64,000 bases of DNA, taken from Eledone cirrhosa. Its lineage: Eukaryota. Shown here in pieces: positions 12,766 through 25,738 of the stretch. The notes under the pieces are model-generated. The model saw only the letters and a list, made by a program, of their open reading frames with translations. It did no database searches and was not told where the DNA came from. Each line of letters begins with the position of its first letter. Positions within the stretch are counted from its first letter, which is position 1. The position numbers and the translations under genes are program-made. The stretch spans positions 322,090,001 to 322,154,000 of the forward strand of contig OZ024742.1 of NCBI GenBank assembly GCA_964016885.1. The letters run 5' to 3'.

Positions 12766-15700
12766 CTACAGGATGGTATACAGAGAAGGCCCATTTACAC
12801 GAGCCATTCTCGCCACTATCACCCACCTTTCATAAAACTGCCTGTGGCCAAGCACCTCTCTCTCCATTCTTATCCTTCTTCCGAAGTGATATCGGAAGAA
12901 GTAGACCAGACTATGGCCAGAGAGGAAGTTGCCTGACCTCAGACCTTTCAATCGTGTCCACCAAACAACCTCTTTCAACATGGCTATTACGCACAGAAAA
13001 ACCGCCTTTGCTTCCTTTGTGGAGAGGGGAGGCGGCTTGATTGTCACCACGGACTCGGCGGTCAATTTAATCGGCGCCACCCGCGACAGCAGTCGTTCGG
13101 CGTAGCCCCACAGATCAGCCACGCCCGGACATTGCACCAATGCGTGCGCAACGGTTTCTTCGTGACGCACGCATCTAGGGCAAATCTTTTTTGAGGGATC
13201 CCTGCCCGGGCGCCCGTGTCTGTAGAGCCTCTCTCGAACGGGTAGAGCCCCCCGGTAGCACTGCCAGGCCAGTGACCTCTGGAAGTTGTCCATTGGTCCT
13301 GGGCCGAAAGTCCTACCGAACAGGCTGGCCAGTTCGTCTTCCTCCATGTCCAGCGACTCTCCAAGGGTGTCATCGCCCCTGCTAGCCACCAGCTCTCTAT
13401 AGAATGATGAGGTGGATTCTCCACCGATGGCCTGGCCCGCTTGCCAGAGAGCCCTGAGCGCCTGAGCACACTCAGTGTGCCAGTCTCCCAGTTTTCCGGA
13501 TCTTTGCTTGACCCAGGACTGTAGCTCGGTGAGCGAGACGAGTCTCGGAAAGGCTCGTTTCACGAACGGAGCCCACACCGGTTGACCAGTGAGGAATACC
13601 TGTAGGTGCCGTAGCCTTAATGCGTGCCTACGCATCATCAACCACGGCATCCCCAGCCCTCCTTTCGAAAGTTGTTGGCAGCAGATGGATCTTCTCGCCA
13701 TAGGAGGGCGCTTCTTCCAAAGAAATTGGAAGAGCATGCGTTCCATGGTGGTGAGTGTTTCCTTAGGGCAAGGCACGACAGTCAGGCGGTAGTAAGTGAC
13801 GGACGCTATGTAAATGTTCGCCACCTCCGCCCGGCCTTTTAAGGACAGCTTACACTTGGCCCATTTCTGAGTTAGTGCAAACACCTTGTTCGTAACCTCG
13901 TTCCAGTTCTTTTCCACCTGGAGGTCCGGTCCAAACCAGACCCCAAACAACTTTACCGGGCCCTCCGTCCAGTGTCCGACGACACCGTCAGGAGGCATCG
14001 GTCTGCCTCTCCACGTTCCGAGTTGCAGCCCGATGGATTTTTCCCGGTTCAGTTTCGCTCCTGACAACCTTTCGTACTCCTCCAGTAAGGTACCGATCGC
14101 CTCGATCTCCGAGTCGGTCGATACCATTACTGTTACGTCATCGGCGTAGGCCGACACCGCTTTGCTCAATCCTGGTTCCAGGGGGATACCCTGCAACAAC
14201 TCCAACTTCCTCAGTAAAGGCTCAAGAGTCAATACGTACAGAAGGGAGGAGAGAGGGCACCCCTGTCGAATGGATCGTGTGATTTCGAACGGCTTCGAAA
14301 GGTAGCCGTTCACCTTGATCCTAGAACAGATGTGGTTGCTATGTAAGGCAGTGATCCAGCCTCTGAAAACAGGACCGAACCCAGCCGCCGCTAGCACCGC
14401 ATCCAGGTAACCATGGTCGACCCTATCGAAGGCCTTAGACTGATCCAAGTTGATCAGGGCCCCACCGAAGCCGGGTTTGTTGCCAACCCTCTCTATGATG
14501 TATCGCATGAGGTGGAGGTTATCGTGAATGGACCTGGATGGGATAGCACATGTCTGCGCATCTCCCACCAGGCCACCCACGACAAGCGCCAACCTCTTTG
14601 CTAACACCTTGGCCAAAATCTTTAACTCTGTGTTTAGCAGGGTTATGGGCCGAAAATTATTTATACTATCTCCCTTGTTCTCGTCCTTCCTCACCAGCGT
14701 GACTACGCCCTTGGCTACAGAACAAGGAATTCTCCCGTTCTGCTGCCAATTGCAGTAGACCGCTTCGAGGAGTTCGGAGAAGAAGACCGGCATTGCTAAA
14801 TAAAGTTCGTAAGGTATACCATCGAGACCTGGAGTTTTGCGTCTGCTGCATTGGCTCAGCGCATCTCCGATCTCATCAGCCGAGATTGGTCCCTCGCAGG
14901 ACTCTGCCTCTTCGCTCGAGAGACGCGGCATGCCGTCGAGGTATGGACCGAAATCCACGCCCCCGCCCGGACCCCCGCCTCCCCCGAACAATCGGGCAAA
15001 GTGCCTTTGAAAGGCCTCGCACATCTGCTTAGGCTCCCGGATCACCCGTCCATCTTCGTCTTCCAACGACCGGATGGTCGATCGATTTCCACTCTTAGCT
15101 TCTGTCACGCGGGCCCAGCCAACGGCTTTGGCCCCCTCATTACCTAGAGCACGTATTTTACTTCGAATGACGCAGCCTTCGTGCTTTGCATCGAAAAACT
15201 GGTTCAAGGCCGTCCTCGATGCCAGCACTCTGGCCACATCTTCGCTCTTGATTGCCTCTTCTAATTTACCTGTTAATTCTTTCTCGTTTCTATTCCTATC
15301 GGCAGCTAACATCTTGCTATAACTTATTGATTCTGTTCTAATCTCTCTTTTGAGAGATGCCCACCATCGGTTGTTGACGATTGCACCCGTCAACCTCTCC
15401 TTAACTAATCTGCTAATCCGGTTTCTGTAAGTCTCTTTTGCCGGTAAAGACAAATTAAGTTTCCAGTAACCGGGACCCTGTCTATGTGTTTTCTCGAGAT
15501 TGACTACGCAGGTCACTAATTTGTGATCCGTGTAGCCAACCGTGCGCATTTCTGGACAGCTTAATATGTCCCTATCCTTACTTCTAACTAAGAATCTATC
15601 TAAGTACGATCTAGATTGACCACTGTGGTTTCTCCAAGTCCAGGTAGGCACAGTTGGAAAATCTAGTCGATATCTATCGACCAAGTTAAAACGGTCGAGT

Positions 15701-16203
15701 AACCCCTTGAGGCTGTTACACCCCCCTCTATTAGGACATGCTCCTGCATAGTCCCAACGTGCATCTAGGATGTCATTCCAATCCACCGCTAGAAGCAGGG
15801 AACGCGACGTTCCCAGAAAAGTCTCCAAACGCTGGAAGAAGTCGGGCCGTTCAGCTCCGAAAGGGGAGTAGACGGCGACCAGTCTCAAGGCCGCACTTTC
15901 ACTACTGCCAACGTCTAGCACCAACAAACGACCCTCCGGGTCCGAGTGCACAACCTGTACGGCAAGACCCAGGTGTTTTTGCAGCAGTACGACAACCCCA
16001 CCCCCACCTCCAGGTTGACAGAGAGATGCATGCACCTCAAAGTCATCGAAGGTGGGGGCCAGCTGCCGCACGACGCTGATTCGAGTCTCACAGATAACCA
16101 TTACATTTATACTACATGACCTGAGGTCATTTAGAAGCTTTGCTTGCTTCCAAGTTGAGCCCAGGCCACGTGCATTCAAACATCCTACTCTTAACACATC
16201 CAT
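12766..16203 (-). CDS. LINE ORF2: AP endonuclease, reverse transcriptase, C-terminal zinc finger (1145 aa, uninterrupted)
   Basis: APE motifs CLNARGL, ICETR, (V)DWN, SYLDRF, YTDH; RT motifs PGLDG, RPITLLN, LDQSKAFD, IRQGCPLS, YADD; CPRC..EETVAHALVQC. Confidence 0.95.
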   Translation of the reverse strand: MDVLRVGCLNARGLGSTWKQAKLLNDLRSCSINVMVICETRISVVRQLAPTFDDFEVHASLCQPGGGGGVVVLLQKHLGLAVQVVHSDPEGRLLVLDVGSSESAALRLVAVYSPFGAERPDFFQRLETFLGTSRSLLLAVDWNDILDARWDYAGACPNRGGCNSLKGLLDRFNLVDRYRLDFPTVPTWTWRNHSGQSRSYLDRFLVRSKDRDILSCPEMRTVGYTDHKLVTCVVNLEKTHRQGPGYWKLNLSLPAKETYRNRISRLVKERLTGAIVNNRWWASLKREIRTESISYSKMLAADRNRNEKELTGKLEEAIKSEDVARVLASRTALNQFFDAKHEGCVIRSKIRALGNEGAKAVGWARVTEAKSGNRSTIRSLEDEDGRVIREPKQMCEAFQRHFARLFGGGGGPGGGVDFGPYLDGMPRLSSEEAESCEGPISADEIGDALSQCSRRKTPGLDGIPYELYLAMPVFFSELLEAVYCNWQQNGRIPCSVAKGVVTLVRKDENKGDSINNFRPITLLNTELKILAKVLAKRLALVVGGLVGDAQTCAIPSRSIHDNLHLMRYIIERVGNKPGFGGALINLDQSKAFDRVDHGYLDAVLAAAGFGPVFRGWITALHSNHICSRIKVNGYLSKPFEITRSIRQGCPLSSLLYVLTLEPLLRKLELLQGIPLEPGLSKAVSAYADDVTVMVSTDSEIEAIGTLLEEYERLSGAKLNREKSIGLQLGTWRGRPMPPDGVVGHWTEGPVKLFGVWFGPDLQVEKNWNEVTNKVFALTQKWAKCKLSLKGRAEVANIYIASVTYYRLTVVPCPKETLTTMERMLFQFLWKKRPPMARRSICCQQLSKGGLGMPWLMMRRHALRLRHLQVFLTGQPVWAPFVKRAFPRLVSLTELQSWVKQRSGKLGDWHTECAQALRALWQAGQAIGGESTSSFYRELVASRGDDTLGESLDMEEDELASLFGRTFGPGPMDNFQRSLAWQCYRGALPVRERLYRHGRPGRDPSKKICPRCVRHEETVAHALVQCPGVADLWGYAERLLSRVAPIKLTAESVVTIKPPPLSTKEAKAVFLCVIAMLKEVVWWTRLKGLRSGNFLSGHSLVYFFRYHFGRRIRMEREVLGHRQFYERWVIVARMARVNGPSLYTIL

Positions 16204-18103
16204 GTGGGCGGCAGAGCCAAAGGAGAGTGTAGAGACCTACCTTTCCGCTTCCCGGGGTTCGGGTTGCACGACTTCCATGGGGTCGGGCGTGTTGGGTCAG
16301 TGTGTGGTGGGGTTGGGGTGTTTGGAGTTGTGTTGGGGAGGGGAAGGGGAGGGGGAAAGCTTTTTAGTAGGACGCGGTTTATGGGTTTGACAGAGGGTGG
16401 TCCTACGTCCTCCTTAAAATCTTTTTTTAGTTTTTGGTAGAGGTTCATTGGGATCTTTATTAATTTTAAATGTGGGTAGTTTTCTGAAGAAACAAAGTTT
16501 ACACCTTCGGTTTGTACCGAAGGATTATTGTATATGAGTTCATTTAATTTATTATTGTTTCTGTTGATGTAAGTATAGTGTAATGTCTTTTTTTCGGATG
16601 GTGTGAGTGTTTCGAAGAGGGGAGGGGCAGGTTTGGTTTTGTTTGTTGCTGGAGGGGTGTTTTCTGTTTTGTTGGATTGTGTTGAGATTTGGGTGGGGGT
16701 TGTTTGGCCTTGTGTGTTTTGCACATGTTTTCTTTTTTTCCTTTTAATCTGTCTGAAGGACTCCATTTCTTCCTCCGAATTCGTTGGGTTATCTTCAGTG
16801 TTGGAGGGAAGAGGTATGTTTGCTGGTAATGTTTCCGTGTTGGTTTTCTTTGTGGGGAGATGGATGTCACTATGTTAGACTGTGTTGTGTGTTGTGTCTG
16901 CGGTGGTTGTGTTGTTTTATTGAGTGAGAGGTTGGGTGGGCCTGTATTTTGTTTTGGGGTAATGTGTTGTGACTGTTTGTGTTGTGGTGGTGGTGTGGTT
17001 TTACTGAGGGACGGGTTGGGTGGGACTGAGTTTTGTTGTTTGTTTATCTGTTGTGGTGGTGGTGGTGGAGCTGGTGTTGGTAGCAGGGTTTTCTTTTTGT
17101 TGAGTTGGGGACAAGCGGCCTTCAGGTGCCCTCTGCCTGCACAGATATGGCAGGACGGCCTTCTCCCCTCCACGCTAATGTTTATATACCCGTGGTCCTC
17201 TAATAGGATTGTGTCGGGTATTTGGGCGATGCGTTCAGGCTTCATTTGCACTACCAGCTCTATACCTGTTCCACTGAACGCATTGCCTGTGGTTTTCCCA
17301 ATGGAAATCACGTTGTCATTCACTGGATCGATGAAGCCAGCTATGAGCCAGCAGTAGTCCACATCTGGCATCATTGCATCCAGCCATATGCGTTGAGTTC
17401 TTTTACCCATATAAGATGGATAAAAGGTAAAATTTTTCGAACGAATCGGTGACAAAGCACATTTTTTTGCCGCCGATTCGTTCTTCATGATAATTGCTAG
17501 GCTTCCATACAGTCTGTCTTTTCTTATGAAAGTGGTTTCATTAAGTACTTCTGTGAGTACTGTTTTGATATCTGCTTGAGAAGGCTGTTCAGGTTTTTTT
17601 GTACTGTTGTTGATGGTCCGAAACTTGACCGTTCGGCTTTCAATGTCTTTGGTGAATTCTTGAGGCATTTTTACCGATAAAATACCATTCTCTCCTTCAC
17701 TTATGTATTGTTTGGCGTCTGTGATCCTTCGTGCCACATCTGAAATATTTTCCGCTATATAAGTCAAAGATTTCTTTGTTTTCTGTGCAAATGAAATCTT
17801 GTCGTCTGCTTTGCTTTCTGTTATGGTGTTATTTTCAAATGTTATTTTTGTGTTTGTTGTGTCTTTGTTTGTGTTATTAGTATTGTCATGCAATTTTTCA
17901 AATTTTTTTTTTCCGTTGTTGGAATCCATGTCCAGATTTGTGTTTTCGTCATTTTTTTTCTCCGCAGATTCGTCTGTTTTTATTTTAATTTTTCCTTCCT
18001 TCTCTATGACGTTAGTTGGGAAGGAAGGGGGGACTAAAGCGTGCGAGCTTACAACTCTTACCGCTGTCCCCCCACCACTATTTTCGTTCGCTGCGTTTAA
18101 CAT
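16191..18103 (-). pseudogene. LINE ORF1 (gag-like CCHC knuckle), one frameshift near 16860
   Basis: CHICAGRGHLKAAC; the 16191-16766 frame (FRQIKRKKRK, NNPSVQTEG) matches copy-2 ORF1 C-terminus; its stop overlaps the ORF2 ATG. Confidence 0.85.
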
Positions 18104-18335
18104 TTCTGTTAGACGATTGAAATTTTTTACACAAAATTTTTTAAAACAGGTTTTTCACCTCTAGGAGGGGTAAAGATGAGCTGACCCACCGCCTGACAGT
18201 TCAGACGGAGGGTCAAGCTACACAATTGTATCAAAATTAAGTTTGAACTCACAAAATTTCCTCAATAAATTTGAACAAAACTTCTGTGCGAAGTGAATTA
18301 CATCCACACTGTAGAACAGACGACAGCTAGAATCA

Positions 18336-18398
<63 letters not shown>

Positions 18399-18411
18399 TA
18401 GATATAGATAT

Positions 18412-18442
<31 letters not shown>

Positions 18443-18707
18443 TAGATATAGATATGCGGCGTATATTTCAATCCATGTTTTAGAGCAGTTGAGTGCATAA
18501 ACGTATAAAACAAGCAATTATGCATACATACATACAGACAGACAGACACACACACATACACATATATACATTCGTACATACATACATACATACATACATA
18601 CACACACATAGGCCCGGCCCGTAGGCGTGTAATGAGTTGTGGAAGGAACGCAGATCAACAATATCCAACAATTACAACAATTATAACAACAAATACTACT
18701 ACAATAA

Positions 18708-18760
<53 letters not shown>

Positions 18761-19303
18761 GGACAACATTATCAGAAAGACATCCTTTTTCCTCTTTATA
18801 TTTGACTTCCGTTAAAAATAAAACACCCAAAAGACAATGTTAATAAGTGTGACACAAATATTTCTTGTTAGTGTCATCATCACCTGGGTGCAGCTAAATT
18901 TTCCATACCCTCATTGATATACGCCTATTATGTCTACTACCACTGCTACCATTTCCACCATTAGCGTCACGTCTTTAAAATTGTAGTGTCACCTTGTCAG
19001 CACTGAAATAGTCGGTGTATATTGCATAATAGGTTAAGTTGGAGAGCGTTGAAGGATACTTAAGTGATTGTAAGGGTGAGTGATCATTTATGTGTGCACC
19101 TATGTATGTCATCAGGCTGCAGCCGTCGCATTATGTACTTTATATATAATTTCAGAGGTACACAGTTCGTTTCTCTGTAACGTCTACTACCCACTTTTTT
19201 CCGTTTACTCGATTTTTACTCGATTTTCTAAATAATTGTTTATAACAGTTGACTGTGTTCATAGAAATTTTCTTCGTTCGAGATCGTCTATATTTTCTAA
19301 GAC

Positions 19304-19368
<65 letters not shown>

Positions 19369-19381
19369 GTGTGTATGTATG

Positions 19382-19424
<43 letters not shown>

Positions 19425-19445
19425 GTATATATATATATATGTATG

Positions 19446-19481
<36 letters not shown>

Positions 19482-19567
19482 TATGTATGTATATATATAT
19501 ATGTATGTATATATATATATATGTATGTATATATATATATGTATGTATGTATATATATATATGTATG

Positions 19568-19672
<105 letters not shown>

Positions 19673-19675
19673 ATG

Positions 19676-19706
<31 letters not shown>

Positions 19707-19829
19707 GAAGGTTACGATGGCACCCCAGTGAACTCAAAGTATTATTAGTTTACTGGTTGGGGTTCAGCAGATTATAACTAGATAGATGAGAAACAAAACG
19801 TGGAAGTAGTTTATGGAACACCCAAATGA

Positions 19830-20290
19830 TTTAGAAGTTGACCTTAAGGAAGAGCAATAACATTAAGAAATACATGAACGACACCACAACACTTCGTTTT
19901 GAAATTTTGAAAGTAGGTTTATAATTACGAATTTTGAGGAGGTTATCGTAGTTGTCTCTGTGGCCTAGTAGTAGATACTAGAGACGTTGGAGATCCTGGC
20001 ATTGGGTTCAATCCTGGTCAAGAGGTACATGTAACCTTTTTCAGTTTTTTATTTTACAACCCATAGATAAAAACTGAAAAGTTTTACTGGGAACCCTACT
20101 CCCGACCGGGATCGAACTTCAGACCAGAATCACCCGCTTATGATTCCTCCAACTAGGCCACCGAGACAGCTACAAAAGTATAATGAAAGTTGATCATTAT
20201 AAACCTACTTTCAAAATCAAAGGTTAAAAGATGTGTTGTCCTTCATAGCTTTCCTAGAGCTATTAGTAATATCTATGATTGACTTCTGAT
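19830..20290. mobile_element. Palindromic element with two convergent tRNA-like heads
   Basis: Inverted blocks 19904-19925 / 20196-20217, gtagttgtctc / gagacagctac, ttttcagtttttat / ataaaaactgaaaa; gtggcctagt A-box and gttc(a/g)atcc B-box on each strand. Confidence 0.6.
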
Positions 20291-20306
20291 AATTATTGAA
20301 AGTCTA

Positions 20307-20497
20307 TGGCGGTGGATTGGCAGTATCGGTAGAGGGTCGGACGCCATGCTTTCCAGCATAGTTACGTCCCTTTACGATCTGAGTTCAAATCTCGCCGAGG
20401 TTGACTTTGCCTTTCATCCTTACGGGATTGATGAAATAAAGTACCAGTAATGCACTGAGTAATTGCTGGCCTTGTACCAAAAGTAGAAACAATTATT
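20307..20497 (+). mobile_element. tRNA-derived SINE with TSD
   Basis: Full consensus; aattattgaaagtct repeated at 20291 and 20491. Confidence 0.85.
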
Positions 20498-20765
20498 GAA
20501 AGTCTCTGGATTTCGCAAAATACATCTTTTTTATTGGAGAAGGTAAGATATTTTTCTGCAAAAATTTGATTGCACTGTTTTGTTTCCTGTTATGTATTTT
20601 TCGAAATGTTATTTATTCATTATAAAAAATTAAATGATATCATTCTATATGCAGGTGAGCCCCCTTCATCTCCTGGCAACCAATACTTTTAGACCCAGTC
20701 CGCCACTGTATATATATATATTAATTCCAAATATTAATAAATATAGACATTCATGTGATCAAATA

Positions 20766-20831
20766 TATTTTATTATATATATTTCAGAGGTACTGTGCTG
20801 TTTCCTCAGTACGTCCTCATCAGATAAAATA
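20766..20831 (-). ncRNA. Type-I hammerhead ribozyme
   Basis: tattttat CTGATGA ggacgtactg..cagtacctct GAAA tatata TA ataaaata; 8-bp stem I, canonical core. Confidence 0.8.
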
Positions 20832-20883
20832 AATTGATGTCCGACATACCTCAACTGTGCTGATGGTTCAATTCCAGTCTTCG

Positions 20884-20934
<51 letters not shown>

Positions 20935-21231
20935 GGATATTTGACAACGGAAAACAAGACGAACGAAAACAAGGCAGAAGGGGGAAAGATTTTTTTAATG
21001 AAAAACACTTTTTTCTTTAAATAAAACAACAATGACATAAAAAAATAAACGAAAGACAGAGAACTCCAAGTTCATCAGGTGCTGAGATGGGCTTAGGAAT
21101 TTTGGACCCCTACCAACGGTAGTGTTGGTCGCCTGGTGGTTTCACAGCGTCCGACAAACATGCCAAAGCGCTGTACTTTTATTAAAAGGCAAAACAAAAC
21201 AATAATTTACAGTAATATATATAAATCCACA

Positions 21232-21294
<63 letters not shown>

Positions 21295-21719
21295 GAGAGG
21301 TATAGAGATTGTTTTAGCAAGAAGCTAACGGCATTCTATAACATATATGCGACTATAACGTCAAGATGGGAAAAGTAGTTAATATATATATATGCGCGCG
21401 CGCGTGTGTGTGTGTGTGTGGTGTATCCAAAACAGGGGCTCGCACAGAACAATCACAACAGAAAATATAACGGAAAAACGAGTAGTCCCATCTCTACATT
21501 CAACCTCTGGAAATCACTAGTTTCAGTATATTTAAGGTTGATACTGTCCATTCCAGTGCACATTGGGACACTACAGATAGACACAGAGACAGGATAATTT
21601 GTCCCTTTCAGTGAATTACACAAATAAAAGCGAAAAAATAAAAAGAAAAACGCTCCACTATATACATATAGATATATGTGTGTATGTATGTGTGTATGTA
21701 TGTGTGTATGTATGTTATG

Positions 21720-22960
21720 TCAGGTCACCAGTTGGTGCTACTGGTAACATGTATCCCAGTACAACCTGTCTCATGGTCGAGTCGTTGGCGACTAAACTGG
21801 CAACTCCACCAAGGTTTCTTGGTGAGGAGGGTGACTGGACATCCTGCAGGACTAAAAACAAAACCTGTCAAAGGGCAAAGGAGCTCTTAAGAGTCAATGG
21901 CCATCAAAAATCACCGGGAGAGATGACCCCTTAGCCTTTGTCGAGACAGAATTCTAGGAGAAGGAAAACTCTGATATAACACCTGCAACCCTGATGGTAT
22001 CCAATGATGTTGACTTGTTATTCTTTTTGGTAAATATCATCTTGGTTAAGAGAGTAGGACTGGCTTTGTGCAGTACCTTTCCTCACTATAAAAGCTTCAC
22101 GGCACAGGCATTGCTTTATATCTGGAGATCTCTCTGCACTTGTCATCACATGGTACCATGCACCCAGCACTATGTGTCAATAATTGTCACAAGTGTAGCT
22201 TTTGTACCTACCAGAGTTTTCAAGTCGCTGGCTGGACTAAAAATTCACACTCGTTCAGCGCATCGGTAGGAGTTCTCCTACATATAAAGTAGTGGCCGTA
22301 CTCGAAAACGAGTATGTACGTATGTACGTATGTATGTATGTACGTATGTACGTATGTATGTATTTGGTATGTATGTATGTGTACCATCTGTCGCATGGTC
22401 GGTTCGTTGGCGACTAAACCGGCAACCCCACCAAGTTTACTTGGTGAGTTGGGTGATTTTGGACACTCTGCAGGACAAAAAACAAAACCTGAGAAAGGGC
22501 GGAAGAGTCAACGGCCATCCAGAAATGTGTAAATATGTATATACATGTATGCATGTGTATATATGTATATACATGTATGCATGTGTATATATGTATATAC
22601 ATGTATGCATGTGTATGTATATGCACGGGGACATAGAAATAATCGGGCTGGATATTCGATCGCGTGGTTAAACCCCTAGCCTTTATCAGGGCATTCTTTT
22701 AGGAGAAGGCAACTCAGGAAACTGGGATAACTCCGACATAAAACCTGTGGCTCAGTAGTTACCGATGATGATGATCTTTTCTTCTTTTCAGGTTATAGCT
22801 ACTGTCGCTCAGCGAGTGGGATTGGCTCAGTGCACAGACTTTCCTCACTCTAAAAAATCTTCACGCACAGGCATTACACGATAGCATTAATTGATAATTA
22901 TTAATAATGTTATATCGTCCAATGGCCATACTCGATAATGAGGGGGCAACCATCATGTAT
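21720..22960 (+). mobile_element. Two tandem RTE-5'UTR-like repeat copies (a related piece lies at about 8110-8420)
   Basis: Shared blocks cgttggcgactaaac, ggagaagg(a/c)aactc, aaacctg...gatgatg; resemblance to RTE 5' UTRs is from memory. Confidence 0.45.
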
Positions 22961-23288
22961 GTATGTATTTGCTCAGCGTTTCGTAAGTTCGAATGTTCGA
23001 ACGTAGTGTGTGAAACTCGAACATTCGTACTTACGAGGGGCTGAGGAACAAATTGATAGATATTGAATGCACAGAAAATAATTGTAATAATAGTCAGTTA
23101 CTGTAAAATAGCTTGTAAGCATCTTTACCCGATTTTTACATGGTATTTTATATACAGTTGCTTTCTGCACTCGAGCATCCAAAATCTTCTATAAATAAAT
23201 CAGTAAATGCATAAGAATATATATATATATATTTGTGCGTGTGTAATACTACTTTTGTACATTTACCTATTCCCTCCTTATCTGAATA

Positions 23289-23322
23289 TTCTTGATGAAG
23301 GACTTCTGTCCGAAACGTCGAA
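23289..23322 (+). ncRNA. Minimal hammerhead (C3>U) in a short pLTR-like fragment
   Basis: ttc TTGATGA a ggac-ttct-gtcc GAAA cg TC gaa. Confidence 0.6.
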
Positions 23323-23414
23323 CCCTTCGCCATTTCCTCCAACCGTGAACGTAATATAACTGTGTATTTTTGTATTCCTGTGTTTGTTTTGATTCCCTTA
23401 TTAACTAGATATAT

Positions 23415-23503
<89 letters not shown>

Positions 23504-23789
23504 TATAACAATTAGACATTACATAAACATGTTAGGAATTGTCATGTTGTTGTTATTACACACAGTAATGTACTGGGTAATTACTGGCCTTGTGTCAATA
23601 GTAGATACAGTTATTACACACCACTAATATGAACTAAAAGACTTCAATATCAGCAACAACCATAACGACGACAACAACAACAACACAATCCTAAGTGCAA
23701 AGATAACGATGATAATTTATTAAGAAAACTACTACCCACGGCAAGTGTCACTACAAGACTACAATGACAACAACAACAACAACCTCAGC

Positions 23790-23981
23790 AACTGTGACTA
23801 CAAGACTACAACAACAACAAAAGTAACAACAATTACAAGACTAACTACATCGTGAACGATGACAATAAGAACAATAACAACTACTACAACACCTACTACT
23901 AATAGTACTACTACTACTACTACTACTGCAACTACTACTACTATTACTACTACAACTACTACTACTAGTACTACTACTACA

Positions 23982-24029
<48 letters not shown>

Positions 24030-24041
24030 GCTACTACTACA

Positions 24042-24091
<50 letters not shown>

Positions 24092-24226
24092 AACTACTAC
24101 TACTACTACTACTAATACTACTGCTACAACTACTATTACTAGTACTACTACTACTACTACTAGTACTACTACTACTACTACTACTAGTACTACTACTACT
24201 ACTACTACTACAACTACTCCTACTAG

Positions 24227-24258
<32 letters not shown>

Positions 24259-24297
24259 GTACTACTACTACTACAACTATAACTACTAGTACTACTG

Positions 24298-24336
<39 letters not shown>

Positions 24337-25092
24337 ATAGTACTACTACTACTACTACTACTAGCACTACTACTACTACTACTACAACTACTACTAATAG
24401 TACTACTACTACTACTACTATTAGTACTACTACTACTACTACTACAGCTACTACTACTACTACTACTGCTACTGCTACAACTACTACTACTAGTACTACT
24501 ACTACTACTACTACTACTACCACAACTACTACCACTACTACTACTACCACCATTATTACTATTACTACCACTACTACTACAACTACTAGTACTACAATTA
24601 CTATTACTACAACTACTACTACTACTACAACTACTAATACTACAACTACTACTTCTACTACCACCACCATGACCACCACTACTACTAAAACTATTACTAC
24701 TACTACTACAACTATTACAACCACCACTACTACTGCTACTACCACCACCACTGCTACTATTACCACTACTAAGATTACCACTACTACTACAACTACTACT
24801 ACTACTACAGTTACTACTACTACTATTACTAGCACTACTACTACAATTGCTACTACCACTACTACTACTACTACCACCGCCGCCACCACCACTACTACTA
24901 CCACTACTACTACCTTCACCACCACCACTACAACTACTACTACCACCGCCGCCGCCACCACAACCACCACCGCCACCACCACTACCACTACCACTACTAC
25001 TACCTTCACCACCACCACCACCTCAACCACCACCACTACAACTACTACTACCACCGCCGCCGCCACCACCACCACCACCACCACTACTACTA

Positions 25093-25139
<47 letters not shown>

Positions 25140-25147
25140 TACTACTA

Positions 25148-25206
<59 letters not shown>
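23790..25206. repeat. 1.4-kb degenerate (ACT/ACC)n trinucleotide repeat
   Basis: Direct inspection. Confidence 0.95.
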
Positions 25207-25587
25207 AAGAACAGGAACAACAATGACGCCATCTTGAATACAGTTACGCCCACATCCTTCCTTTGTCTGTTTTTGTTTGTTATTTATTTAACGTTCGTGT
25301 TTGTGGTGCGAATAGGAACGGAGTGGGAGTATTATCTATGTATGTTATGAGACAGAAGGACACAAGACAGAAGCACTCGGTGACCTCGCTTTAGCTAATA
25401 TCCCACCACCGCCAGCTCTGTTTATTACGTAACACCTACCTTTGAGCCGTTGCTGTGCAATTGTCACCTTGGTGCAAAAAAAAAAGAAAAAGAAAAGAAA
25501 AATCAAATAATGTCAGCGATAGATCCTTCTGAGCGGTCGATTGGCGTGCTAGACTTGAGAACCAAATTTTAAATTAGAAGAGTAATA

Positions 25588-25738
25588 ATTCTTTCTACTT
25601 TTGGTACTTTATTTTATCGACCCCGTAAGGATGAAAGGCAAAATCAACCTCGGCGGGATTTGAACTCAGATCGTTAAGGGACGTAACTATGCTGGAAAGC
25701 ATGGTGTCCGACCCTCTGCCGATACTGCCAATCCACCG
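25588..25738 (-). mobile_element. tRNA-derived SINE
   Basis: Reverse complement of the consensus. Confidence 0.8.

Larger units (their letters stand above)
12548..18305 (-). mobile_element. Near full-length Tx1/L1-clade LINE, copy 1
   Basis: ORF1 (CCHC) plus ORF2 (APE-RT-zf); 3' UTR ends AATAAA then (TCTA)n; 5' and 3' UTRs homologous to copy 2. Confidence 0.93.

Noticed and set aside
13062-17452. Short ORFs antisense or off-frame to LINE ORFs (also 41.9-47.1 kb and 32.3-34.6 kb)
   Set aside because: Shadow ORFs of GC-richer coding sequence.
21795-21840. Twister ribozyme-like aactcc...ggaggg
   Set aside because: Lacks the conserved P4 (GGUNNCAAGCCC) element.
23798-25350. Poly-Thr, poly-Val and poly-Pro ORFs (mucin-like)
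   Set aside because: By-product of the triplet repeat; no signal peptide, unique domain or splice evidence.
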